From assembly GCA_951406725.2 (NCBI GenBank), contig OX597818.1:39556001-39620000 (forward strand): a DNA stretch of 64,000 nucleotides, read 5' to 3'. This document shows positions 11,939-24,369 of this stretch, one piece after another. Position 1 is the first letter of the stretch; each line of letters opens with the position of its first letter. The stretch comes from Octopus vulgaris. Lineage: Eukaryota. The notes beneath the pieces are model-generated. The model searched no databases. It saw nothing but the letters and a program-made list of their open reading frames with translations, and was not told where the DNA came from. The position numbers and the translations under genes were made by a program.

Positions 11939-13517
11939 TGTGTATATTTGTATGAAAATAGATGCTTTCATCATCATCATCAGCATCGTTTAATGTCCAT
12001 TTTCCATGCTGGCATGGGTTGGATAGTTTGACTGAGGGGTGGCAAACCAGAAGGCTGCACCAGGCCCCAATCTGATCTGACAAAGTTTCTACAGCTAGAT
12101 GCCCTTCCTAACACCAACCACTCCAAGAGTGTAGTAGAAACTTTTCATGTGCCACCGGCACAAGGGCAGTCAGACGGTACTGGTATCAACCACGCTTGAA
12201 TGGTGCTTTTTACATGCCTCTAGCACGGGACCAGTCAGGTGCTACTGGTATCGACGACACTTGAATGTTGCTTTTTATGTGCCATCGGCACAGGTGCCAG
12301 CCAGGCAATACTGTCACTTCACTTGACTTAAGAAGCTTTGTGGATGCTTAATTCTTACATGTCTGTAGATGTGTTAATGCTTTCTGGGTGGTTGTTTTTT
12401 GCATGTCTATGTGTATTGTGAGCTTGTATATACATTTGTGTATATGTTTGTGAATCTTCGTTATTGTTTTTGTCAATGGTATGTTGGTGGCAACGATGGT
12501 GTCAGCAGCAGCATTAATGTTGGTTGTTGTTGTTGTTGGTGTTGTTAAGCAACAAGACGGGTAAGGGTGATTAGGTGATGGTCTAGGGCTTAGGGGCGGG
12601 AGACCCCAGACCTTGGAAAAACAAAACAAAAGCTTTGGTCGTCTTGCTGTAGTCGAGGGCTCTTCGTTGACGCCCGACACCACTGGGAGGTGGCCCTCAA
12701 AGTCACTGGAAATGGAGATCTCCAGGTCCAAATTCTTGGTGGCAGCATTGGCATTGGTGCCAGCATTGGCATCCATGCCAGCATTGACATTGGCGGCGTC
12801 ATCACTACCGTTGTTGTCCTCATCATTGCTTCCACCACCACCACAGCTGTTGTCATTGCCATCATCATCATCATCATCATCGTTGTTGTCATTGCAACCA
12901 CCATGATCATCATCATTTAATTCTTTTATTTGTTTCAGTCATTTGACTGTGGCCATGCTGGAGCACTGTCTTCAGTCAAACAAATCAATCCCAGGACCTA
13001 TTCTTTATAAGCCTAGTACTTATTCTATTGGGCTCTTTTGCTGAACTGCTAAGTTATGGGGACGTAAATACACGAACATTGGTTGTCAAGTGATGGTGGG
13101 GAGGACAAACATTGACACACACACAAACATATACATATATATACAACAGGCTTCTTTCAGTTTCTGTCTACCAAATCCATTCACAAGGCTTTGGTTGGCC
13201 CAACGCTACAGTAGAATACACTTGCCCAAAGTACCATGCAGTGGAACTGAACCCAGAAACATGTGGTTTGGAAGCCAGCTTCTTACCACATAGCCACATC
13301 TGCACTTCACTTTTCCATGCTTAAGTCAGACAGAATTTGTTGAGGCAGATTTTCTGTGGCTGGATGTCTTTCCTGTTGCCAACCCTCACCTGTTTCTGAG
13401 TAAGGTAATTTTTTTCCCCATGGTCAGAAATGTTTTTTACAGAAGGTTACAAAGGAACAACATCACCTGTATGACAGTAATACTTTTCAACCATCACTTG
13501 ATGTCAAGACAAGGCTG

Positions 13518-13563
<46 letters not shown>

Positions 13564-14384
13564 TGCACACACATATACACACACACATACACACATGCAC
13601 ACACACATACACACATGCACATACACATACACACGCATGTACACTCACACATGCATATGCACACATACACACATATAAGCACACATATACACATGCATAT
13701 GCATGTGCAGCGACACATACACACACATGCACACACACACACATACACACGCTCACACACATGCACACATACATACATGCACACACACACGTGCACGGAC
13801 ACATACACACACACATGCATGCACACACGCACATTCACATACACATGTATGTGCAAGTGCGCACATGCACACACACGCACACACACACATATTTGATGGA
13901 CTTCTTTCAGTCGGTGCCTACCAAATCCACTCACAAGGCTTCAGTCAGCCCATAGCTACAGTCAGCATTGGATTAACCATTAAAGAAAATAAGCACATAC
14001 TTAAGGCATCAAGGCAAATGAATACCACAGAAACGGTAAATGGTTTATAGTACAAAAGAAACTACTTTAAACTTGCTAAGCTTTTGAAGTGCTCATGGCG
14101 TGATAGTGAGGATCTGATGAAAGAATTTGCAATAAAAAAAAAGCAGTAGAAAACTTCAAATATAATTAAAATGAAAGTAAACAAAAATAGACATTATTTT
14201 CCATCTTATTGTTAATTTTGCTTCATTTTATATAATAATAATAATGAAATTATTGTGTATAGTGCTCAGTGCACTATAACTCATCAAAGGTGCACATACA
14301 GTACATAGAATTATGAACAAGAATCAGGAAAAATAAAAATTTACTTTATGGTTTATTATTGTTTATATTTTGAATTATATATAT

Positions 14385-14975
14385 CCAGCTGGCTTCCGTG
14401 CCAGTGGCACGTTAAAAGCACCAGCTGATCGTGGCTGATGCCAGACTCCCCTGATACCTGTGCCGGTGGCACGTAAAAAACACCCACTACACTCGCGGAG
14501 TGGTTGGCGTTAGGAAGGGCATCCAGCTGTAGAAACACTGCCAGATCAGACTGGAGCTTGGTGCAGCCCCTGGCTTCCCAGACCCCGGTCGAACCATCCA
14601 ACCCGTGCTAGCACGGAAAACGGACGTTAAACGATGATGATGATGATGATGATGTGTCAGTGACACGTAAAAAGCACTCTCCGAATGTGGCAGATGCCAG
14701 TGCCGCCTGACTGGCGTCTGTGTTGGTGACACGTAAAATCACCAACCGATCGTGGCCGCTTGCCAGCCTCTTCTGGCCCCTGTGTCAGTGGAATGTAAAA
14801 AACACCCATTACACTCATGGAGTGGTTGGCGTTAGGAAGGGCATCAAGCTGTAGAAACACTGCCAGGTCAGACTGGAGCCTGGTGCAGCCTCCTGGCTTC
14901 CCAGACCCTGTTCGAACCGTCCAACCCATGCTAGCATGGAAAACAGACGTTAAACGATGATGATGATGATGATGT
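14385..14975 (+). mobile_element. Two tandem RTE 3'-tail (GAT)n-ended repeats; other copies at about 11969-12320(-), 15150-15305(-), 23820-23940(-), 29585-29945(-), 43150-43670(-), 46755-46890(-), 52625-53080(-), 59135-59480(-), 63005-63145(+)
   Basis: They share GGAGTGGTTGGCGTTAGGAAGGGCATCCAGC...GGACGTTAAACGATGATG with the 3' end of the RTE at 19600-19912. Confidence 0.85.
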
Positions 14976-15734
14976 GTGTGTGGACACTAAAATCTTTTTA
15001 AGTGCTTAGAACCTCTAAGGGTTTTAATCTGGCCTTGGCTATGGTAAAAAAAGATTTGCTCAAAGTGCTGCAGAACAGGGCTGAACCTAAGACCACTTGG
15101 TTTAGAAGCAAGCCACTCAGCCACACAGCCACACAACCATACCTACACATCTATCATCATCATTTAACATCCGCCTTCCATGCTGGCATGGGTTGGACAG
15201 TTTGACAGGAGTTGGCCAGGCAGAAGACTGCACCAGACTTCTATGTCTGTTTTGGCAAGGTTTTTACTAATAGATACCCTTCCTAACACTGACCACCCAG
15301 CAGAATGTATGCTTAACTGAATGCAAGGGTGGATGAGTAGGTAAGAAGTTCACTTCATAACGACAAGGTCACAGGTTCAATCTCACTGTGTTAGCTCTTA
15401 AATAATAAACCTCTTATGATAACTTTTGTTGGGATTAATCAACACTCTGTAACTGAAATTGCATAGGCAGAAACTATGGAAGCCCATTAGATGGACTGCA
15501 CCACTAATTCAAACTGATTCTGTATAAGAATTGCTTACCCCTTTAGCATTGAGATTACTCTGCCAAATGTAATTCTTATATATTCATATACGTATATATT
15601 ATAGGCTTCCATACACTTTCTATCAAACAAATTCCATTCACAAAGCATTGTTCAATCTGGAACTATAGTACAAGAAACATGAATTAGATGCTGTACAGTA
15701 GGATTGAACCTACAATACCACATTCCTGGGGGGA

Positions 15735-15848
15735 GGAAGGGGTGATGCTCATGGTAGGTCTTCCAGATTGCTCATTGTCTTCCAGGGATGTTCTTCGACA
15801 TTTGAAGGACCTGCGCCACTTGAAACATTGCATACAACCCTTTGCCAC
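15735..15848 (-). mobile_element. Mariner transposase HTH fragment
   Basis: [26 protein letters not shown] matches the mariner W..RF..G..SLED..RSGRP motif. Confidence 0.7.
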
Positions 15849-15853
15849 ATATA

Positions 15854-15888
<35 letters not shown>

Positions 15889-15903
15889 GTGTATGTATGT
15901 ATG

Positions 15904-15961
<58 letters not shown>

Positions 15962-15964
<3 letters not shown>

Positions 15965-18900
15965 CGTCCGCCCCCACCCCCGCCACCAATACCGGTGAAC
16001 ACTGTTCTCACCATCTACACCGGATACGCCCTACTCCCTCATCCTCCCCCCTTCCTACCCCTTCTCCTCATATGCTTTCACTGTGAAAAGACAAGCTGCT
16101 AGCACCACAGCTCATCAACTGCCCACTGATCTTACGCTTCCTCCTGACACTGCCTCAATCCGACTATCTCCTTCCAGTCCCCTCCGTAATATCTTCTTAC
16201 GAACCTACACCAACCCTTCCTGCCATCGTTCCTCCTTACCCCAACCTTCCCCACTGGTGCTCCCCTATATTGACCGCACCCCCTCTACTATCTCTCCCCC
16301 TCTTTTCACTGGTAAAACCTTTCTCAGCTGGACCCCCCCCAACTCAACTCTAGAATATCTGTATTTTTCCTCCTTACTACGCTACCTAATTACGTTACTC
16401 AGTGACGATAACGAATGTCCACTGCTAACACCAGCTCCTGTCCACGGCGTGGACAGGTCGGAAGAGAGATCAAAAGAAAAATGCTACGAAAACTGTCACC
16501 ACCATAACAACCCTCCTCTTCTCAGGCGCTGAATTCCCCCCCTCCCCCCCACATCTCCTTCCCAGTTTTCAGAGTTGGCACTATCAATGTTGGTACATTG
16601 ACAGGCAAGTCTAGTGAGATTGTAGAGATGCTAGAGAGAAGACAGGTTGATGTATGCTGCATACAAGAGGTAAGATGGAGAGGTGCTTCGGCTAGGGTCC
16701 TCACGGGCAAGGCACTTAGGTACAAACTCTTCTTGCAAGGTGACGTGGAAGGTGTAGGGGGTGTAGGCATTCTCCTTGCGGAGAAATGGGTGGATGAGGT
16801 CATAGAGGTTGTCAGGGTTTGCGATAGAGTGCTTAAGCTCAGGTTGGTCCTACAGAGTGGCACAGCTATGATTATCTCCGCCTATGCCCCACAAGCGGGA
16901 CTACCAAATGATCAGAAGGACAACTTTTATGATAGCCTTCTGCAGGCTACTTCAAAGACTAGTAGCAAGGACCTCATCTTTGTAGGTGGAGACTTTAATG
17001 GGCATGTTGGGCGGGAATCGGGTATCTTCACTGGGGTACATGGTGGCTATGGTATTGGCACCAGAAATGATGAGGGAACTAGACTGCTGGAATTCTGTGA
17101 TGCATGTAACCTTTCAATCTGCAACACTAACTTCAAGAAGCCAGTCTGCCACCTTATAACTTATCAGTCAGGAGACTCCGCTAGCCAAATAGACTTCATC
17201 CTCACCAGACAGCGGGATGCAGGGTTGCTCTTGAATACAAAGACCCTCCCGGGTGAAGAATGTATCCCTCAGCATAGACTAATCATCAGTGACTTTAAGC
17301 TTGAGGCCAGAAGGACTCCAAGAAACAAACCAATCCAGAAAAGAAGGATTTGGAGGCTAAAGAACCCTTCACATGGTCAGAAATTTAGGGACATACTCAT
17401 CAAAAAATTTGATGAGAGGGAGGAGGAGTTTCAGACGTCAGACATAGAAGGTAGCTGGGAATTCCTACGGGACAGCTTGCTGAGTGCCACAGACCGAGTC
17501 TGTGGATGGTGCAAAGTCCCTTCCAGACCTAGAATTACGTGGTGGTGGAATAGTGCAGTAGATAAAGCCATCTGTAAAAAGAGACGGGCCTGAAAGCCTG
17601 GAAGGATGGGGGCAGCAGGGAACTGTACCAGATAGCCAAAAGGGAGGCTGGGCGGCAGGTATACATAGCCAAAGACGTAGCAGAAAAGAAGAAGTTTGCC
17701 AATGTCCAGCGACGCGAGGATCAAAGAGCTGAAGTATTTCGGATTGCCAGACAGTGTGTCAGAGAAAATAGTGATGTTATAGGAGAGAAATGTGTCCGCA
17801 TGGATGATGGGGCACTTGCTTTTACTGCTAGTGAAAAGAAAGAGGCTTGGAGAAGCCATTATGAAAGACTGCTGAATGAGGAGAATGAATGGGAGGAGGA
17901 GAGCCTGCCAAATGTTGACCCAGTAGAGGGACCAGCTACCCGAATAGACAGCTCCCTTGTAGATAAGGCAATTAAGGATATGAAACCAGGCAAAGCCCCT
18001 GGCCTATCAGGAATCACTGCTGAGATGCTTAAAACAGCTGGCTATGTGGGCTATACCATAGTCACCCGCATTGTAAACCAGGTAGTTCACAATGGAGTCA
18101 TACCCAATGACTGGTGCAGCAGCACCATAGTCAACTGCTACAAGGGTAAGGGTGATGCTCTAGATAGAAATAACTACAGAGGTATCAAACTGTTGGACCA
18201 GGTGATGAAGGTCTCAGAGAAGGTCATAACCCATCTCATTAGGGAGAGAATTTGTTTAGATGAAATGCAGTTCGGTTTTGTACCAGGTAGAAGCACCACT
18301 GATGCTATATTCCTGGTCCGACAACTGCAGGAGAAGTACCTAGCTAAAGATAAACCCCTCTACATAGCTTTTGTAGACTTGGAGAAAGCCTTTGACAGGG
18401 TTCCCCGTTCCCTCATCTGGTGGTCGATGCGGAAACTGGAGATTGAAGAATGGCTAATAAGGGCTGTACAGGCTCTATACAGAGAGGCTGTCAGCAAGGT
18501 TAGGATTGGCAACGAATATAGTGAAGAATTCCGGGTAGAAGTAGGTGTGCACCAGGGCTCAGCCCTCAGTCCCCTTTTATTCATCATAGTCCTTCAGGCA
18601 ATAACAGAGGAATTCAAAACGGGATGCCCCTGGGAGCTCCTCTATGCCGATGACCTAGCTCTCATAGCAGAATCACTACCGGAACTAGAAGAGAAATTTC
18701 GGGTGTGGAAGCAAGGGTTGGAATCAAAGGGCCTTAGAATAAATGTAGCAAAGACCAAAGTATTAGTAAGCAGCAAGAGGTACTCAGCACACACACCCTC
18801 GGGTAGGTGGCCCTGCTCAATCTGTAGGAAAGGTACAGGTAGAAACTCCATAAGATGCACCCAATGTAAGTTATGGACACATAAGAGGTGCAGCAACATT

Positions 18901-19912
18901 AAAGGGAAATTAACAGATAAGATAGCTTTCATGTGCGGCAGATGCACAGGGACAATAGACACAACAGACACTCAGAAAACAGATTCCATCACACTCCAGG
19001 GAGAGAAACTAGAAGTAGTTGATAGTTTCCGCTACCTGGGTGACCAAGTTAGTAGCGGAGGTGGATGCACAGAGAGTATCACCACTAGAATACGAATAGC
19101 CTGGGCAAAGTTCAGAAAGCTCCTACCCCTACTGGCAACAAAAGGTCTCTCCCTCAGAGCGAAAGGTAGATTGTATGATGCATGTGTGCGAACTGCCATG
19201 CTTCACGGTAATGAAACATGGGCAGTGACTGCAGAGGACATGCGTAGACTTGAAAGAAATGAAGCTAGCATGATCCGCTGGATGTGTAGTGTCAGTGTGC
19301 ACGCAAGACAGAGTGTAAGCATCCTAAGAGAAATGCTGGATATAAGAAGCATCAGATGTGGTGTGCAAGAGCGACGCTTGCGATGGTATGGTCATGTGCT
19401 GCGGATGGATGAAGAGAGATGTGTGAAGAAGTGCCACTCCAAAACAGTTGAAGGTATCAGGGGGAGAGGTAGACCCAGGAAGACATGGGATGAGGTAGTC
19501 AAGCATGACCTCAGAGCATTGGGCCTCACTGAGGCAATGGCGAAAGACCGAGATCTCTGGAGATATGCTGTGACTGCAAAGACCCGGGCTGCTTTCTGCA
19601 GCAATTCCACATACCCCCTACCCATTCAAAGTACCCCGGATCCCCAAAGTACCCCGGACCCAGTTGCCCCCGTGCCGCTGGCACGTTAAAAGCTCGAACC
19701 GATCGCGACCAATGCCGGACCCCCCGGCCCCTGTGCAGGTGGCACGTAAAAAGCACCCAATCCACTCACGGAGTGGTTGGCGTTAGGAAGGGCATCCAGC
19801 CGTAGAAACTCTGCCAAATCAGACTGGAGCCTGGAGCGGCCCCTGGCTTCCCAGACCCCGGTCGAACCGTCCAACCCGTGCTAGCGCGGAAAACGGACGT
19901 TAAACGATGATG
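15962..19912 (+). mobile_element. Near-full-length RTE-clade LINE inserted in a (TA)n tract
   Basis: It has a C-rich 5' region, APE endonuclease and RT coding region, modular 3' UTR and (GAT)n tail. (TA)n flanks both sides. Confidence 0.92.
16526..19689 (+). pseudogene. RTE ORF: APE endonuclease + reverse transcriptase with inserted PHD-type finger; single 1-nt frameshift at about 17592
   Basis: Endonuclease motifs are GTINV, CIQE, SAYAP, GGDFNGHVG, SQIDFIL and QHRL. RT motifs are NYRGIKLL, QFGF, FVDLEKAFD, GVHQGS, YADD (18643-18654) and FRYLG. GCC TGA AAG CCT GG is restored to A-W-K-A-W by adding one G, which joins the 331-aa and 629-aa ORFs. Confidence 0.95.
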
Positions 19913-19938
19913 ATATATATATATGTGTATATATATGT

Positions 19939-20230
19939 GGAGGCGCAATGGACCAGTGGTTAGGGCAGCGGACTCGTGGTCGCAGGATCGCGGTTTCGAT
20001 TCCCAGACCGGGTGTTGTGAGTGTTTATTGAGCGAAAACACCTAAAGGGTCCACGGCGCTCTGGCAGGGGGTGGTGATCCCTGCTGTACTCTTTCACCAC
20101 TCTTTCTTCTGTTGGCCTGCTCGCTTAACCAGCGGGGTGGCGTCATTCGAAGGCTAAAATAATGCGAATGCATTGTGACCAGTGATGTGTAACAACATCT
20201 GATGGTCTTGTCAGTCACGTGATCACGTGA
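19939..20230 (+). mobile_element. tRNA-derived SINE family D; related heads at about 42415-42662(-) and 45063-45310(+)
   Basis: A box TGGACCAGTGG and B box GGTTTCGATTCCC in a tRNA-like head. Confidence 0.75.
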
Positions 20231-20257
20231 TATATATATATATATATATATAACTCA

Positions 20258-20457
20258 GAAAAAAAAACACCTTTTATCAATTCAATAATGAAAAATTAAA
20301 TTATACCATCTAGAAAATTACATATTATATAGAAAGATTAAAAATAAGATAAAACATAAAATGATGATTAAGTAATTTGTAAAATATTTTATATGTAATT
20401 TTCAAGATGGTATAATTTAATTTTTCATTATTGAATTGATAAAAGGTGGTTTTTTTC
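20258..20457. repeat. AT-rich fold-back element (arms of about 67 bp) within (TA)n
   Basis: 20258-20325 is a near-perfect reverse complement of 20391-20457. Confidence 0.85.
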
Positions 20458-20564
20458 CTAATTTATATATATATATATTATATTTTGTGAAATTTGATTT
20501 AGTATTTCTAAATTGAATTTTTCCCTGTAAGTTTGGAATAATATTCCCTCATATTATTATTATT

Positions 20565-20597
<33 letters not shown>

Positions 20598-20983
20598 TAT
20601 ATATATATACATATGTGTGTGTGTGTGTGTATACAGAAAGGGTTTCTTATAGTTTCTATCTACTTAATCCACTTACAAGGCTTTGGTTGGCCAGGGTCTA
20701 CAGTAGAAGACATTTGTCCAAGGTGCCATGCAATGAGACTGAACCTGGAACCATGTGGTTTGGAAGTAAACTTCTTATCACATGGACCAAGCCTGTGCTT
20801 ATGGTATAGTTCTAAAAACATAAAGACAGCATGGTCATAGACAGAACACCTTAAATCATAAACCTACTCAAAGATCTGTTCAATCACAATAGATTTAGGA
20901 TGAGCAAACAATTATTGAGGGAAAAGGAAGAGAAGAAAACTAAAGAAAAGTGAAAAATATTGATTGTAAAAAAAGAAATTTAC

Positions 20984-21076
20984 CAGTTTTAGCAGGCGTA
21001 GGTATGGTTTTAAGATTTTCTGTTTACAACTCCTGAGGTTAACAGTTGTGATGTTGTAACTATTGTAATCCATTAT
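20984..21076 (-). CDS. Internal coding exon of host gene, 93 nt, phase 0/0 (IMDYNSYNITTVNLRSCKQKILKPYLRLLKL); possibly gustatory-receptor-like protein
   Basis: The acceptor is ...ttgttattattcAG|ATA and the donor is CTG|GTAAAT. The 31 open codons are in frame with the 32139-32330 exon. The family assignment rests on motif recall only. Confidence 0.7.
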
Positions 21077-21097
21077 CTGAATAATAACAACAAAATC

Positions 21098-21157
<60 letters not shown>

Positions 21158-21174
21158 GATGATGATGATGATAA

Positions 21175-21427
21175 TAAACAATTCCTATCATAGTAGGTGC
21201 ATTAGGTATGATAAAAAAATATTCAGACAAATACATAACAAAAACACCAGGACTTACAAATATATACAACATGCAGAAAATTGCACTACTGGGCACTGCA
21301 CACAACCTATGCAAAACACTTTCTATACAGTAATCGTAAGCGCATCACAACAAACCACAGCACATACCCAAGGCACACAGAGCTGCGCTCAGTAGTGAAG
21401 TGAAAGCACGATATAAAAATAAAACTA

Positions 21428-21435
<8 letters not shown>
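21175..21435 (+). mobile_element. R4/Dong-like LINE 3' end between (TAA)n tracts
   Basis: IPIIVGALGMI...QKIALLGTAHNL is the C-terminus of a restriction-like endonuclease ORF. (TAA)n lies on both sides. Confidence 0.8.
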
Positions 21436-21499
<64 letters not shown>

Positions 21500-21589
21500 C
21501 ATCTCAATGCAAGCACATTATTTATATATATATGTGTATGTACACACATGTGCGCATGTATATACAAATAAAGAGAGAAAGAGAGAGAT

Positions 21590-23090
21590 GGGATCTCAAC
21601 AACAACTCTCATGGGAACCCCACAAATGACTCGTGAAATCATGATGCAACACAACAAGGGAAGAATTAACAGTGAGAATGGAGCTATAGCCGATTATGAT
21701 GAAGGATTCTTGCCTGGCATGTCCGAAACCACCCATATCAGGAGCAGTGATCTGGTCTCGGACAGTCATGATGTCACCACAGATCACATACATGGTGTGC
21801 ACAAAAACAGACGTAAGTAGACAAAGGAAGAGTACGACACACTTATTGAATGTGATGAAAGAGCAAAGCTGGAAAGAAGTCACAGAGTAGGCTGAGGTAC
21901 TTAGAAATTTTGGATGGAAAAGGACATGTGTCTAATGTCAGAAAATAAACTAATGAACCAAGTGAGAGTGATTAGGAAGAAGGGTTGCTTAACTGGAGTA
22001 AAAATATCTTGGATTAGTGAGAGTCTGAGAGACCCTGTTGATGGGATACAAAGGATGGTTGGAGCTGAAAACAAAGAGGTAGGAGTTGAAAGCAGGGAGA
22101 AGAGTAGACAGGAGGAACAGGGAAATGGTGATGAGACTGTTAAGAATGAGGAACAGGAATGTTATACAGTGAACCCTGATACTGTGGTGGTCAGACAAGC
22201 AGGGGAAATGAACCAACTAGATAATGAATTGCCTATTCCATATGGAATTATATGGTCAGTTCCACTGTGAAACCAACAAATTAAAAGATTAGGAAGCAAC
22301 ATGAAGGTGGCTCGATAAGGGTGACCTAAAAAAGAATACTGAAAGCCTAATCATTGCAGCCCAGGACCAGGTATTGAATACCAACTCAGTGAAAAAGAAT
22401 ATATACCACACAAGTGCATCGGACCTCTGCAGAATGTATGGGAAGAGGGTTGAAAGTGTGACTCATTGTTAGTGCTTGTGAAAGTCTTGCACAGAAAGGG
22501 GACAAGCACAGCCATGACAAAGTAGTCCGAACCTCCACTGGATACTATGCTGTAAGTGTGGATATGAGGTTACGGGTGCTTGGTACCAACATATACCAGA
22601 AAAGATAATGGACGAAAGGGGGAAGGCAAAAATCCTCTGAGTCTTTGATTTTCAGATAGACAAAGTATTAGAGCACTGAAGGCTGGATATAGTAACCTTT
22701 AGAAGGGACAAACAAGAGTGCCTAATAATCGATGTAGTAGTGCCAGATGAACATATCATCATGAAAGAAAGAGAAAAAGTTGATAAATATGGAGATGTGA
22801 GAATTGAGATCGCTAAGATGAAGCAGCTTTGAGAGTCAAACATAAAGGTTATCTCTATTGTCATCAGAGCATTGGGTTCAATACCAGCTAATCTGAAAAA
22901 ACATCTAAACATCTTAAAAATACCGTACAATCTAAATGTATAGCAAAAGTCGGCATTACTTGGTACTGCACACATATCGTATAAGGTATTGTCTGTCCTT
23001 GTTGTGACTTGATAAACAGTACAAGACACCGGTAGACACAATATCTTCAATCAACAACCTCACTATATTGTATACTGTGCAACGTCTATA
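21590..23090 (+). mobile_element. Internally deleted R4/Dong-like LINE (N-terminal region joined to zinc knuckle + RLE, no RT)
   Basis: The N-terminal SENKLMNQVRVIRKK is followed from about 22310 by GDLKKNTESLIIAAQDQ, CRM..K.VESVTH, HDKV, DIV...IIDV, EKVDKY and QKSALLGTAHI. The tail is (TGA/TAA)n. Confidence 0.8.
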
Positions 23091-23105
23091 ATAATAGCAA
23101 TAATA

Positions 23106-23155
<50 letters not shown>

Positions 23156-23165
23156 AATAATAATA

Positions 23166-23200
<35 letters not shown>

Positions 23201-24369
23201 AATAATAATAATATTAATAATAATATTGATAATAATGTTTTCAAATTTTGGTACAAGGCCAGTAATTTCTGGTGTGAGTATAAGCTGATTAAATTGACCC
23301 CACTGCTCAACCGGTACTTATTTAATTGACCCTGAAAGGATGAAAGGCAATGTTGACTACGGGGGAATTTGAATTCAGAATGTAAAGACTGACAAAATGC
23401 CACTAAGCATTACGTTTGGTGTGCTAACGATTCTGCCAGCTATAATAGTAATAATAATAATAACAATTGATTAACTGTCATCCCAGTAGCTGTAGGGGCA
23501 CTGGGAGCACTAACAACCAGGATTGAGAAATATATTGGAGAAATTGTAGAACATTTTCAAAATACTGCTCTGTTGGGGACAGCAGGGATTTTGAGATTGG
23601 TACTTGAGTGTTAAGTATCATGGAAAGGGACTTTGTGACCTTTGACAATAGGTTGCTATCTGCTCTCACAGAATTAATTGGAGCATGTAAATAGAAAATG
23701 TAAACATTACTTAAAAAGTCTAGTTGGTAAGAGAAAATCCAACAACAAATTCACATACTTAGGTCTGGCATAGAATGTTTAAAAAACTCTAAGTCTAAAA
23801 AGAATATCAAATCAGTAAAATCATCATCATCATCATCATCAACATCGTTTAACGTCTACTTTCCATGCTAGCATGGGTTGGACGATTTTGACTGAGGGCT
23901 GGCGAACCAGATGGCTGCACCAGGCTCCAATCTTGATCTAAAAATATGAAAATTAAAGAAAAAGTATATGAAGTTCATACTTGACATCGATGCCACTATA
24001 TAAACTATCAAGCAAAAGGTATTTGCTAAACCTGCCAGCATTGTACAGTATGGAAAGCATACCAGGTTCTTCAAGGACATGTTTAAAAATAATTCAGAAT
24101 ATTTTTATAAGAAGATAGTTAAATATCAGTTACAGTAAAAACTGTCCCATCTGAAGAAGTGCAAGAATTCTGAAGTAAAATTTGGGCAGAAGAAAAAGCC
24201 CCTTGGATTGTTAGAATCTCTATTGATTCAGCCTTCTTAGAAGAGCATAACGTACTGATACAATACAAAATCATCCTCCCTCTACAAAAAAAAAAAAAAT
24301 GCAGCACACACCAGCCTGCCAGCACACAGGTGCAACAAATTATGCAATAGAAAGTTGCTTGAAACTTTC

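Noticed and set aside
12348-12920. GC-richer segment with overlapping ORFs
   Set aside because: It is mostly trinucleotide/hexanucleotide low complexity, with no splice signals or domain that I can support.
14001-14113. Minus-strand segment with a good acceptor (ttctttcatcAG) and GTATGT donor
   Set aside because: All three frames contain stops, and phase 0 gives only ILTITP*. It could be a non-coding or poison exon, but nothing supports that.
16083-16532. 149-aa P/S/T/L-rich ORF as RTE ORF1
   Set aside because: It has no ATG start or recognisable domain, and its composition is explained by the C-rich leader.
19939-20012. Possible tRNA gene (also the SINE A heads)
   Set aside because: The acceptor stem is not formed and the sequence continues into a SINE body, so these are tRNA-derived SINE heads.
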